Assembly (NCBI GenBank): GCA_965230935.1
Contig: OZ246400.1
Span: forward strand, 87,222-151,221
Origin: an uncultured Gammaproteobacteria bacterium
Lineage (GTDB): Bacteria; Patescibacteriota; Patescibacteriia; Magasanikbacterales; JBBTQS01
DNA length: 64,000 nt
Direction: 5' to 3'
Made by a program: the position numbers and the translations under genes. The notes under the pieces are model-generated. The model was not told the DNA's origin and ran no database searches. It was given only the letters and a program-made list of their open reading frames with translations. Of the stretch, positions 28,634 to 37,765 are shown one piece after another (the stretch's first letter is position 1; the number at the start of each line of letters is the position of its first letter).

Positions 28634-29296
28634 ATGCCGATTCATAATTACATCCGACTTCGCGAAGAAGAAAAAATTGTCATGATTGTACGACGATGGT
28701 TGCCGACGTACCTGATGTGGTATGTGTTAATTTTTGTACTGTTGGTTGGGCCGTTTTTCTTTTTCTTTCCTTTGATGCGTGCCGGAACATTTGGCAAAAT
28801 CCTCTTTGGGATTTCCGTTATTTTTGGGGTCGTGCTATGGGCACGGATCTGGTATACCTGGCGACGTGATTGTTTGGTGATTACCAACGTACGTATTATT
28901 GATATTAATCAACTTGGGTTTGCCAAGCGTACAATCTCCGAGGCGTCGTACGAACGAGTTGCTGATGTTTCGCATCTTGTGCATGGGGTGTTTCATTCAT
29001 TATTTAATTTTGGTTCAGTGAAGATTACCTGTGGCGACGGTTCAGTAGTATTAGCAATTGATCGCGTTAAAAATCCAAAAGAAGTGCATCATGTTATCTC
29101 TGAGATGATGGAGCGCTTTTTCGAGCAGTTGCATAGTCGTCGACGTCGAAAAGGCTCGCGTGCCATGATTGATCAGGTGCAAGGCATGAGCACTGAAGAG
29201 CTCGAAGCAGTTGCATCCCTGGTACTTGATCGTTTGGAGAACATGGAAAGCAGCACGTCAGAAGATGAATCTCCCGAAATATCGGAAGAAGTTTGA
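28634..29296 (+). CDS. Membrane protein with bacterial PH (bPH_2/YdbS-like) domain
   Basis: Two N-terminal TM helices followed by a soluble domain resembling bPH. The start was chosen at MPIHN after the upstream stop. Confidence 0.45.
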   Translation: MPIHNYIRLREEEKIVMIVRRWLPTYLMWYVLIFVLLVGPFFFFFPLMRAGTFGKILFGISVIFGVVLWARIWYTWRRDCLVITNVRIIDINQLGFAKRTISEASYERVADVSHLVHGVFHSLFNFGSVKITCGDGSVVLAIDRVKNPKEVHHVISEMMERFFEQLHSRRRRKGSRAMIDQVQGMSTEELEAVASLVLDRLENMESSTSEDESPEISEEV

Positions 29297-29308
29297 TATA
29301 CTAGTATC

Positions 29309-29698
29309 ATGCGAGCTAAAAAAAAGAGCACAAAATCGTTTTGGCAATCCAATCAGTTTTTGATTGGTGCATTAGTGGTCGCGATAGTGTTGGCGGTTGG
29401 TTTTGCTCGAGCCTATTTTAGAGATCATGCAAGTATTAAAGAAATTAAACAGTTACAAGAAGAAGCGCAAAGACTTGAGACCGAACAAATTTCTTTGCTT
29501 GAGTTGTTAGACTATGTGCAATCTGATGCTTATGTCGAGCAAGAAGCGCGGACAAATTTACAATATAAAGATCCAGAAGAGGAAGTGGTCATTTTTACTG
29601 ATTCACTTGCGCCACTAGCACAACAGGACATCCAAGAGATTGCGCCAAACTGGAAACGATGGTGGCAGTACTTTTTTGATCATGCGCGTACACTATGA
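29309..29698 (+). CDS. FtsB/DivIC-like septum formation initiator
   Basis: A short cytoplasmic tail, one TM helix, then a coiled-coil (IKEIKQLQEEAQRLETEQISLLELL). Length 129 aa. Confidence 0.5.
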   Translation: MRAKKKSTKSFWQSNQFLIGALVVAIVLAVGFARAYFRDHASIKEIKQLQEEAQRLETEQISLLELLDYVQSDAYVEQEARTNLQYKDPEEEVVIFTDSLAPLAQQDIQEIAPNWKRWWQYFFDHARTL

Positions 29699-30615
29699 GT
29701 AAATCAATCAACATGCAACCGGTCAAAAGAGGCGCATTGGTAAGTATTATCTTTTTTCTGTTTATTCTGATAGTGGTGTGGCTCTACGGGGTATATCGTG
29801 GTGGGTGGCAGCACCGTCTAATCACTGGTCCGGCAACGTTTTTACATTTGCCGGTTGCGTATGTGGACGGTGATTGGATCACCTATCCATCGTTTGCGCA
29901 AGATTTAGAATTGGTAGCTGCGATTGAGGCAACACAACCGGATACATCGCTTGCAACGCTTTCGTATGCAACACGGGCCCAAAACATTATTGATCGTCAT
30001 ATTCAAGCTGTGGTGATTAATCGACTTGCGCACCAGTACAATGTCGAGTATCCACTTGAGTATGTGATGCAGCTTCTTGATGCTGGCTTGCTATTTCCAG
30101 GGGTCGAGAATTTGGATAATGACACCTTTTTGACATCAGTGGGTATGGATAAGCAGACGTATGTACGCAAGATTATCTATCCGATGTTGTTAGCGCAACA
30201 AATTGATGTGGTGATTCAGAATAATCAAGAGGTTCAGCAGTCAGTGTATGATCGGGCACAGACCGTGATGCAAGAATTAAATGATGGCGCACTCTTTGAA
30301 GAGTTGGCGCGTAACAATAGTGATGATCAGACCAGTGCAATTGATGGGGGAGATTTAGGGTGGTTTAGTCGTGGGCAGATGGTTACTGAGTTTGAAGAAG
30401 CAGTGTTTGCGCTTGAGCCAGGACAGGTGAGTGAGCTTGTTAGTTCACCATTTGGATTGCACATTATTCGGCTTGAAGAGATCCGTGCAGATGAACAGGG
30501 GAAGCAAGAACGCCACGCTCGTCATATTCTGTTTTCTTGGAATGATTCAGAGCCGCTCGCTGAGCAATTAGCCCAAGAGCTCACCACCTTGCGTTTTATC
30601 CAGTGGAAGGAGTAA
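29695..30615 (+). CDS. Parvulin-type peptidyl-prolyl cis-trans isomerase (PrsA/SurA-like), membrane anchored
   Basis: An N-terminal TM helix and a C-terminal PpiC domain (DLGWFSRGQMVTEFEEAVFAL...SPFGLHII). Confidence 0.7.
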   Translation: MSKSINMQPVKRGALVSIIFFLFILIVVWLYGVYRGGWQHRLITGPATFLHLPVAYVDGDWITYPSFAQDLELVAAIEATQPDTSLATLSYATRAQNIIDRHIQAVVINRLAHQYNVEYPLEYVMQLLDAGLLFPGVENLDNDTFLTSVGMDKQTYVRKIIYPMLLAQQIDVVIQNNQEVQQSVYDRAQTVMQELNDGALFEELARNNSDDQTSAIDGGDLGWFSRGQMVTEFEEAVFALEPGQVSELVSSPFGLHIIRLEEIRADEQGKQERHARHILFSWNDSEPLAEQLAQELTTLRFIQWKE

Positions 30616-30628
30616 GCTATAGGCACTT

Positions 30629-30700
30629 GCGGGATTAGTATAGTGGTAGTACGCCAGCTTCCCAAGCTGAAAGCGCGAGTTCGATTCTCGTATCCCGCTC
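30629..30700 (+). tRNA. tRNA-Gly (anticodon CCC)
   Basis: GCGGGATTAGTATAGTGGTAGTACGCCAGCTTCCCAAGCTGAAAGCGCGAGTTCGATTCTCGTATCCCGCT folds as a cloverleaf with anticodon loop TTCCCAA. Confidence 0.85.
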
Positions 30701-30717
30701 ACAGCGTATGTCGATAT

Positions 30718-31836
30718 ATGAAACAAACCCTTCTCCGGATCTCATATCAATATTGTTTGAAGCCGCTCCTGTTTCGTATTGATCCAGAGCGCGTCCATGA
30801 TCGTTTTTTGGGATTGGGTGAATGGTTAAGTAAGCGTTCATGGACTAAGGCCATCGTCAGATGGCTTTTTGCATATCAAAATCCGCAGTTAGAGCAAAAA
30901 ATCGCAGGGCTTACTTTTCCAAACCCGATCGGGCTTTCCGCTGGATTTGATAAAGATGGACGGCTGGTCAACTTACTTCAAGATATTGGATTTGGTTTTG
31001 CGCAAATCGGTACCATGACGTTTGGTGCCTATGCTGGCAATCCCAAGCCGCGTTTGGTTCGACTGCCAAAGTCCAAAGGTCTGATTGTGAATTATGGATT
31101 AAAAAACGAAGGTGTGGGAGTTATTTTGCCTCGGGTAGCTGCAGCTAAGGCACAGATTCCTATTGGTCTTTCTGTTGGGTACACCAATTCACCCCAGATG
31201 AAAGATCCTGCCATTGCTACTGCAGATTTTATCCAAGGATTTGAGGCTGCTATTACGAGTTCCACTGGTGATCTGTATGTGATCAACATCTCATGCCCTA
31301 ATTTATTTGGTGGAGAACCGTTTACAACTCCAGATAAGTTGAGACAACTCTTAGATTCGCTCTGTAAGAAAAAAATGAGTAAACCGGTGTTTTTGAAGAT
31401 GCCTATTAATCTTGTATGGTCTGAATTTGCTCAATTGCTTGATGTTGCGGCAGAGTATCCGTCTATTACCGGAGTGATTATCGGAAATCTAAATAAAGAT
31501 CGTGAGGATCCAACAGTGGTTGAGCCAATTGAAGATTCAATCTGCGGTAGTATCAGTGGTCGTCCTACAGCAAAACGATCTGACGAACGTATTGCAAAAA
31601 CATACCAAGCACATGGCGATCGTTTTGTGATTATAGGCTGTGGTGGCATATTTAGCGCACAAGATGCCTATGCCAAAATTAAAAAAGGTGCATCATTGGT
31701 GCAGCTGATCACCGGAATGATCTATCAAGGACCGCAATTAATTGGACAGATGAACAAAGAACTTGTTGAGTTGCTTTCTCAAGATGGATTCAGCAATATC
31801 TGTGAAGCCATTGGCAGTGATCATAGAAGGTGGTAG
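30718..31836 (+). CDS. pyrD: Dihydroorotate dehydrogenase (quinone-type, class 2-like)
   Basis: PNPIGLSAGFDKDG and GFGFAQIGTMT motifs. The start was moved to the ATG at 30718, because the ORF-track start at 30643 lies inside tRNA-Gly. Confidence 0.8.
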   Translation: MKQTLLRISYQYCLKPLLFRIDPERVHDRFLGLGEWLSKRSWTKAIVRWLFAYQNPQLEQKIAGLTFPNPIGLSAGFDKDGRLVNLLQDIGFGFAQIGTMTFGAYAGNPKPRLVRLPKSKGLIVNYGLKNEGVGVILPRVAAAKAQIPIGLSVGYTNSPQMKDPAIATADFIQGFEAAITSSTGDLYVINISCPNLFGGEPFTTPDKLRQLLDSLCKKKMSKPVFLKMPINLVWSEFAQLLDVAAEYPSITGVIIGNLNKDREDPTVVEPIEDSICGSISGRPTAKRSDERIAKTYQAHGDRFVIIGCGGIFSAQDAYAKIKKGASLVQLITGMIYQGPQLIGQMNKELVELLSQDGFSNICEAIGSDHRRW

Positions 31837-31856
31837 CATAATGAGCAAGTAATTGT

Positions 31857-32534
31857 ATGGAACATCAAGAAGGATTTAATGGCCACAAAAAAGACGAGAA
31901 TTTTTTTCTGCAACATCTTGAGCGCAGATTTAAATATTGGCTTCTTCCACACTTTCCCAAATGGATTGAGACGTATCATTTAACGTACATGACGCTCATT
32001 TGGTGTGTCGGTATTTTATTAGGAAGTTACTTTGCTGCTCGATACGATATGAATTGGCTGTGGCTTGTCTCGATCATGATTGTATTACAGTGGTTCACAG
32101 ATCTGTTTGATGGTGCCATTGGTCGGTATCGTAATACCGGTTTGGTGCGGTGGGGGTTTTACATGGATCATTTTCTTGATTATGTATTTTTAGCCAGTAT
32201 TATTATTGGGTATGCGTTTATCCTCCCGCCACGGTTTGATTATGCGCTGTTTTTCTTGTTGGTGATTGCCACCGGGTACATGGTCAGTTCGTTCTTAGAA
32301 TTCGGCGCACGCAACAAGTTTCGAGTAAATTTTTTGAAAATCGGGCCAACAGAGGTCCGATTGGTGTTTATTGTTATCAATGTCCTGTTGGTAATCTTTG
32401 GCAAAACCGGCATGGCAGCAGCGTTTCCATATGTTTTGGTTGCTGGATTTTTGGGCTTAATTTACGTGGTATATGTCACACAGAAGGAATTGTGGGAGAT
32501 CGACATGAAAAATAAGCGTAAAAACATGTATTAA
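31857..32534 (+). CDS. CDP-alcohol phosphatidyltransferase family protein
   Basis: DLFDGAIGRYRNTGLVRWGFYMDHFLDYV matches the D-G-x2-A-R-x8-G-x3-D-x3-D signature. Polytopic. Confidence 0.7.
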   Translation: MEHQEGFNGHKKDENFFLQHLERRFKYWLLPHFPKWIETYHLTYMTLIWCVGILLGSYFAARYDMNWLWLVSIMIVLQWFTDLFDGAIGRYRNTGLVRWGFYMDHFLDYVFLASIIIGYAFILPPRFDYALFFLLVIATGYMVSSFLEFGARNKFRVNFLKIGPTEVRLVFIVINVLLVIFGKTGMAAAFPYVLVAGFLGLIYVVYVTQKELWEIDMKNKRKNMY

Positions 32535-32613
32535 AGGGGTCGGTGGATAACCTATCTTTACAATTTGGCGTTTGGACACTATACTATTGCCGTTATAAAT
32601 TGAATCGTAATCT

Positions 32614-34014
32614 ATGGCGCTTATCCATACGCTGAAAAAACATGCAGTAGCACTGATCGTGCTCTTTGGTGCAGTAGCACTGTTTGCCTCACAACATAGT
32701 CTTGCTTCAGGAGGATCATCTGGTGGCCATGGAGAATTTGCCGTAACCTTTCTCTGGATTGCGGTTATTTTAATTTTGGCAAAAGTTTCCAGCCTCATTG
32801 AGCGGTGGGGGCAGCCGGCAGTACTTGGCGAGCTAATCATGGGTGTGGTGCTTGGAAACCTCGCACTGCTCGGGTGGCATTTGTTTGAGCCAATTAAAAC
32901 CAATGAGATTATTAAGTTTCTCTCAGAGCTCGGTGTGGTGATTTTGCTGTTCCAGATTGGACTAGAGTCAAATATTCAAGAAATGAAGCGTGTTGGTGCG
33001 CGAGCGTTTTCTGTTGCGATCATTGGTGTGGTAGCACCATTTGTGCTAGGGGCGTATGTTGTTGGCCCATGGCTTTTGCCTGATTTGAGCACCACGGCGC
33101 ATCTGTTCTTGGGTGCAGCGCTTACCGCAACCTCAGTTGGTATCACCGCACGCGTGTTTCAAGATTTGGGCAAGTTGAAAATGAAAGAAGCACAGATTGT
33201 GCTGGGAGCGGCCGTGATTGATGATGTGCTTGGTTTGATTATCTTGGCAGTGGTTTCGGCAATCGCAACAGTAGGTGCAGTGAGTTTGGGAATGATTGGT
33301 TGGATTACTGCTAAGGCGATTTTGTTCCTGGTTGGTGCGATTGTGCTCGGGCAGTTGTTTGCAAAGGTAATCAGCAAGTTTTTCTCCAAGATTCACACTG
33401 GCGTTGCCATGAAGTTTACCATTGTGGTGAGTTTTGGATTGATCTTTGCATTTTTGGCGGCGCTCATCGGTTTGGCACCAATTATTGGTGCGTTTGCTGC
33501 AGGGTTAATTCTCGATCCGGTGCATTTTCGCTACTTTAAAGATCCGCATGTGGTTAATGATGTGAAAGAAGCAGTTAAGGAGCTGGGTGAGGAGTCACGG
33601 AAAAAGGTTCAGCATGCGATTAATCACCATGCGCATCGTCATATTGAGGATTTGATCGAGCCACTTGGTCATTTCTTGATCCCAATCTTTTTTATTGTCA
33701 CCGGTATGGCAGTACAGCTTGAGACCATGTTTGACCCATCCATTTTGTTGATCGCACTTATTATTACGGTGATTGCATTTATTGGTAAGTATATTTCCGG
33801 CTGGGGAGCAGGAAAGGGGGTCAACAAATCGTTGATTGGTTTTGGAATGGTGCCACGTGGAGAAGTTGGATTAATTTTTGCCGCAATTGGAAAAGAGCTT
33901 GGTGTGGTGAATGAACAGGTATTCTCAATTATTATCGTCATGGTGATTCTCACCACCTTATTGACCCCACCGGTTTTGACGTGGCTTTTGAAGCGCGTAA
34001 AAAGTGCAGCGTAG
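32614..34014 (+). CDS. Monovalent cation:proton antiporter (CPA/Na+-H+ exchanger family)
   Basis: 466 aa with about 12 TM helices and typical Na_H_Exchanger segments (GELIMGVVLG, FLLFQIGLE). Confidence 0.75.
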   Translation: MALIHTLKKHAVALIVLFGAVALFASQHSLASGGSSGGHGEFAVTFLWIAVILILAKVSSLIERWGQPAVLGELIMGVVLGNLALLGWHLFEPIKTNEIIKFLSELGVVILLFQIGLESNIQEMKRVGARAFSVAIIGVVAPFVLGAYVVGPWLLPDLSTTAHLFLGAALTATSVGITARVFQDLGKLKMKEAQIVLGAAVIDDVLGLIILAVVSAIATVGAVSLGMIGWITAKAILFLVGAIVLGQLFAKVISKFFSKIHTGVAMKFTIVVSFGLIFAFLAALIGLAPIIGAFAAGLILDPVHFRYFKDPHVVNDVKEAVKELGEESRKKVQHAINHHAHRHIEDLIEPLGHFLIPIFFIVTGMAVQLETMFDPSILLIALIITVIAFIGKYISGWGAGKGVNKSLIGFGMVPRGEVGLIFAAIGKELGVVNEQVFSIIIVMVILTTLLTPPVLTWLLKRVKSAA

Positions 34015-34071
34015 GGGAATGTCCCGAGCTGTGGTACAATACTGGTGATGTAAATCACCAGTATTTTTGTT

Positions 34072-34536
34072 ATGCCGCAAGAAGCTCAAGTGAATCAAGT
34101 ACAAAATCCAACACCAATCAAGTCGGATTCCACAAGGCCGCCGCTGATTACCTTTATTGGAATACTTGGAATTTTGTATTCTGCATTTGGTATTTTTTCA
34201 TTAATCATGACATTGCTTTCATCTTTTCAAGAGGTGAAAGCTGCTCTTCCAGAAGGAACAGACGCCACAACAGTAGCGCAGGTAGTACTCCTGGCAGCTG
34301 GAGGAGTGATTGTGGTAATTTTGGCTTCAGCAATTTTGCGGCTTGTTACGGCAATTGGACTACTTAAAATGCGTAAATGGGCGTTTAAGTTGTTTATTGC
34401 AATCTTAGTTGTCTCAGTGCTCACCACGATTTCTTCATTTATTCTCAAAGCAAATTTGACACTCAATCTCTCGTTCCTTATTATCGAGGTGGTCGTATTT
34501 AGTTATTTGTATTCGGTGAGGGGGCAGTTGAAATAG
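34072..34536 (+). CDS. Hypothetical membrane protein
   Basis: 154 aa with four predicted TM helices. Confidence 0.45.
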   Translation: MPQEAQVNQVQNPTPIKSDSTRPPLITFIGILGILYSAFGIFSLIMTLLSSFQEVKAALPEGTDATTVAQVVLLAAGGVIVVILASAILRLVTAIGLLKMRKWAFKLFIAILVVSVLTTISSFILKANLTLNLSFLIIEVVVFSYLYSVRGQLK

Positions 34537-34651
34537 GAGTCCTTTTAGCTACGCAACCTTAGCAACTTCGTCGCTAAACAAAGTCACCATAGCGGTTCGG
34601 CCCGAAGGCCTCACGGCTAAGGTGGCTCATTCATTGCTTCGCAATTCATTC

Positions 34652-34728
34652 GCCACCTTAGCTCAGTTGGTCAGAGCGGCGCACTCGTAACGCGCAGGCC
34701 GTCGGTTCGATCCCGACAGGTGGCTCCA
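34652..34728 (+). tRNA. tRNA-Thr (anticodon CGT)
   Basis: GCCACCTTAGCTCAGTTGGTCAGAGCGGCGCACTCGTAACGCGCAGGCCGTCGGTTCGATCCCGACAGGTGGCTCCA. The CCA end is encoded. Confidence 0.85.
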
Positions 34729-34756
34729 TTATTTTGAGTCGTGCTATACTATCCCC

Positions 34757-35437
34757 ATGATTCGCCTTAAAGAAGTGACCAAAATGTACCCACTAAACAC
34801 GGTGGGAGTTAAGGATATTCATCTGCATGTTAAACCAGGTGAATTTGTTTCTATAGTTGGGATGAGTGGGACAGGGAAGAGTACGTTGATCAAGCTTTTG
34901 ATTGCAGAGGAAAAAGCCACTCGAGGCCAGATCATTATTGGTGGGTGGGATATCACCAAGATTTCTCAACGCGAAGTGCCACTTTTGCGTCGCCAGATTG
35001 GCGTTATCTTTCAGGATTTTAAACTTCTCCCGAAAAAGACGGTTTTCGAAAACGTAGCCTTTGCCCTTGAGGTTTCTGGAGAGCGCGCAAAGCGCATCAA
35101 AGAGATTGTCCCACAAGTCCTCGAAATCGTAGGACTTGAGAAAGAAATGCATCGGTATCCACATCAAATCTCAGGTGGAGAAGCACAGCGGGTAGCAATT
35201 GCGCGGGCATTAGTTCATCGGCCAAAAATTTTAGTCGCTGATGAACCTACCGGAAACCTCGATACCCTCAACACCTCAGAGATCATCTCAATTCTGAAAA
35301 AGATCAATGAGTTTGGCACCACCATTGTTTTGGTGACGCATAATAGGGAGGTGGTAAACAAGCTGAAAAAGCGGGTGATCACTTTAGATGATGGCAGGAT
35401 TATCTCAGATCAAAAATCAGGTAAATACGTACTGTAA
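34757..35437 (+). CDS. ftsE: Cell division ATP-binding protein FtsE
   Basis: ABC ATPase with Walker A GMSGTGKST, signature SGGEAQR, and Walker B ILVADEPTGNLD. It is followed by ftsX. Confidence 0.85.
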   Translation: MIRLKEVTKMYPLNTVGVKDIHLHVKPGEFVSIVGMSGTGKSTLIKLLIAEEKATRGQIIIGGWDITKISQREVPLLRRQIGVIFQDFKLLPKKTVFENVAFALEVSGERAKRIKEIVPQVLEIVGLEKEMHRYPHQISGGEAQRVAIARALVHRPKILVADEPTGNLDTLNTSEIISILKKINEFGTTIVLVTHNREVVNKLKKRVITLDDGRIISDQKSGKYVL

Positions 35438-35438
35438 T

Positions 35439-36350
35439 ATGGTAACTCTTTTGCGAAGTATTAAATTTGGATTGCAAAACGCATGGCGTAATTTTGGCCT
35501 CAGTGCAATTACTGTCACGATCTTAGTACTAATGGTGCTCAGTGTTAACACAGTGATCGGCATTGGAGCGATTACCAATGCTGCAGTTGATTCGGTCAAA
35601 AGCCAAGTAGACATTAGTATCTTTTTCGAAGCCGATGCATCGCAAGAAACAGTGGACGAGGTAGTAAATGTGATTAACACCTTTCCTGATGTCAAAGAGA
35701 TAACCGTCAAAAGTAGTGCACAAGTGATGGAAGAGTTTCGCGCACTGCATGCAGATGACGAAGCGATTCAATTTTCAGTGCAAGAGATTGGTGATGGCTT
35801 ATTTGGACCTACCGTGATTGTACGCACCAATGAGCCTGGACAATATGCACCAATCATCGCGGCACTCGACATCCCGGAATACGAGAACATCATTGAATCT
35901 CGAACCTTTGATGATAGCTCAGATATTATTGGACAAATTGATCTGGTCACTTCGCGCGCGAAAACAATCGCGTGGGTAGTAACGATCCTTTTTGGTGTTG
36001 TTGCTTTTCTGATCGTTGCTTCGTCAATCCGCGTGGCAATCTTTACCCAACGTGAAGAGATTAGTATTCAAAAGCTGGTTGGTGCTGGAAATTGGTTTAT
36101 CAAAGCGCCATTTATTGTTGAAGTCATCCTTTACTCGACCCTTGCCATGATCATATCGCTTGTGATACTCTATTTTGGCACTACACTCAGTGATCCGTAT
36201 ATTCGTCGCATTTTTGGCAGTTATCCGTTTAGCTTATACGAATTTTTCCTGAGTAATGGCGCCTGGATCTTTATTACAGAATTTTTCGCGTTAATTATCA
36301 TGAGTTTGATCAGTGGGTTGATTTCCATGCGAAGATTTCTCAAGGTCTAA
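35439..36350 (+). CDS. ftsX: Cell division permease FtsX
   Basis: Four TM helices with a large first periplasmic loop. The start was chosen after the ftsE stop. Confidence 0.75.
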   Translation: MVTLLRSIKFGLQNAWRNFGLSAITVTILVLMVLSVNTVIGIGAITNAAVDSVKSQVDISIFFEADASQETVDEVVNVINTFPDVKEITVKSSAQVMEEFRALHADDEAIQFSVQEIGDGLFGPTVIVRTNEPGQYAPIIAALDIPEYENIIESRTFDDSSDIIGQIDLVTSRAKTIAWVVTILFGVVAFLIVASSIRVAIFTQREEISIQKLVGAGNWFIKAPFIVEVILYSTLAMIISLVILYFGTTLSDPYIRRIFGSYPFSLYEFFLSNGAWIFITEFFALIIMSLISGLISMRRFLKV

Positions 36351-36352
36351 TC

Positions 36353-36423
36353 TCCGAGATCGTCTAATGGTAGGACGCCAGGTTTTGGTCCTGGATATCG
36401 GGGTTCGAATCCCTGTCTCGGAA
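36353..36423 (+). tRNA. tRNA-Gln (anticodon TTG)
   Basis: TCCGAGATCGTCTAATGGTAGGACGCCAGGTTTTGGTCCTGGATATCGGGGTTCGAATCCCTGTCTCGGAA folds with anticodon loop TTTTGGT. Confidence 0.8.
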
Positions 36424-36425
36424 CT

Positions 36426-36989
36426 ATGAAGTCTATCTCTGTTCTTGCTATCGTGTTGGTTTCCCTTACTTTTTTTGGATTTGGATGTGACACAAATGAA
36501 CCAAAAATCGTCACGTATCACGAGGTATTGCTCAAGAAAATCAGCTTTGCAGTACAGCTCCCAGATCACTGGGAAGAAAATCCAATTACTGCAGATCCAC
36601 ATGGTCCTGCTGATTACCATGAGTTTGTGATTCCACGTCATGCACAGAGCGAAGACAAAGTCGCTGGGACAATTGGATTTCGGTTAGTTCCGCGGATTGA
36701 ACAAAATGCACTGGAAGACGAAGTCGAAGAGCTTAAGCCGTTTATTCAAGATTCAGCCGGAACCGAAGGGATATTTGACCCTACTGTTCCGGTAGCTATG
36801 GCAGGGAACTCAGCATTGCAATTACGTTGGCAAGGCGTGACTAAAAACGATGTAGAAGAGGTGTGGTACTACACCTTTGCATTTGTAGAGGATGATCTGC
36901 TCGTTGGATATTATTTTGACGAAGTTACCGATGGCGCGTTATTTAAAGAAGTTTACGATCAGGCGTTGACCAGTTTAGAGAAGCGGTGA
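36426..36989 (+). CDS. Hypothetical lipoprotein
   Basis: Signal peptide with lipobox LTFFGFGC. Length 187 aa. Confidence 0.55.
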   Translation: MKSISVLAIVLVSLTFFGFGCDTNEPKIVTYHEVLLKKISFAVQLPDHWEENPITADPHGPADYHEFVIPRHAQSEDKVAGTIGFRLVPRIEQNALEDEVEELKPFIQDSAGTEGIFDPTVPVAMAGNSALQLRWQGVTKNDVEEVWYYTFAFVEDDLLVGYYFDEVTDGALFKEVYDQALTSLEKR

Positions 36990-37046
36990 TTGCAGTTGGA
37001 TCAATTGTTTGTTACCATACCAATATCTTAGTATTAATATTACGAT

Positions 37047-37622
37047 ATGCAACAACTGCGTAAATTATTGATTGTATTAGGAGCTGTCGCACTTCTTGGT
37101 GCCGGATGTGGCTCTAGTGGCCCAGCTACTGAAACCGTCACATTACCTGATCGTCCAGAAACACCAGCAGGATTTTCTAATCATAGTACTGATGAGTGGA
37201 CCATTGCGTACCCAAGTGATTGGGAGCCGGTGCGTAATCCAGATGATCTATTGCAATACTTTTTCGCGACACCGTATGTGGAGAGTCCAGATGAGTTTGA
37301 GCATAGTGTAAATATCACCATTTCTCCTGATCAAGCAGAGGTATTACCACTTGATGAGTTGCGCTCACAGGTCGAATCACTCCTATTGCAAGTTGGGGCA
37401 AGTGAGATTACCGATAGCCGAACTGTATTGTTGCCACAAGCACAAGCGGTACGAATCGAGTATAAGGCTACCTCACCAGATGGCGAAGAGCTTTTTGGTA
37501 CCCAGGTTGGTTTGTACGACGAAGATGACTTGTATGTCCTGACCTTTACTGCGTCTCAAATTGGCCAAGAAGCGTTTTTGGCTGATTTTGAAGACATGAT
37601 CATGAGCTTTCAAGTCAACTAA
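37047..37622 (+). CDS. Hypothetical lipoprotein (possible paralogue of the upstream one)
   Basis: Signal peptide with lipobox LLGAGC. Length 191 aa, similar size and composition to the upstream lipoprotein. Confidence 0.55.
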   Translation: MQQLRKLLIVLGAVALLGAGCGSSGPATETVTLPDRPETPAGFSNHSTDEWTIAYPSDWEPVRNPDDLLQYFFATPYVESPDEFEHSVNITISPDQAEVLPLDELRSQVESLLLQVGASEITDSRTVLLPQAQAVRIEYKATSPDGEELFGTQVGLYDEDDLYVLTFTASQIGQEAFLADFEDMIMSFQVN

Positions 37623-37730
37623 GTAATTGTAGAAATAGCTGAAAAACCCAGTGTTTTACTGGGTTTTTCTTATTTTAGGTAAATTTTTGTATCTGTGTTT
37701 TTTCTTACTATTTAGAGTGTTTTGAAGGAC

Positions 37731-37759
37731 TTGACAAAACCATTCATATGTGCTATAGT
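37731..37759 (+). promoter_or_regulatory. Near-consensus sigma70 promoter driving the non-coding GC-rich unit
   Basis: TTGACA, a 17-bp spacer (aaaccattcatatgtgc), then TATAGT. Predicted transcription start near 37766. Confidence 0.6.
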
Positions 37760-37765
37760 ACGTCA

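Noticed and set aside
30643-30717. ORF-track start of the pyrD ORF at 30643
   Set aside because: That start lies inside tRNA-Gly (30629-30700). An in-frame ATG at 30718 gives a normal PyrD N-terminus.
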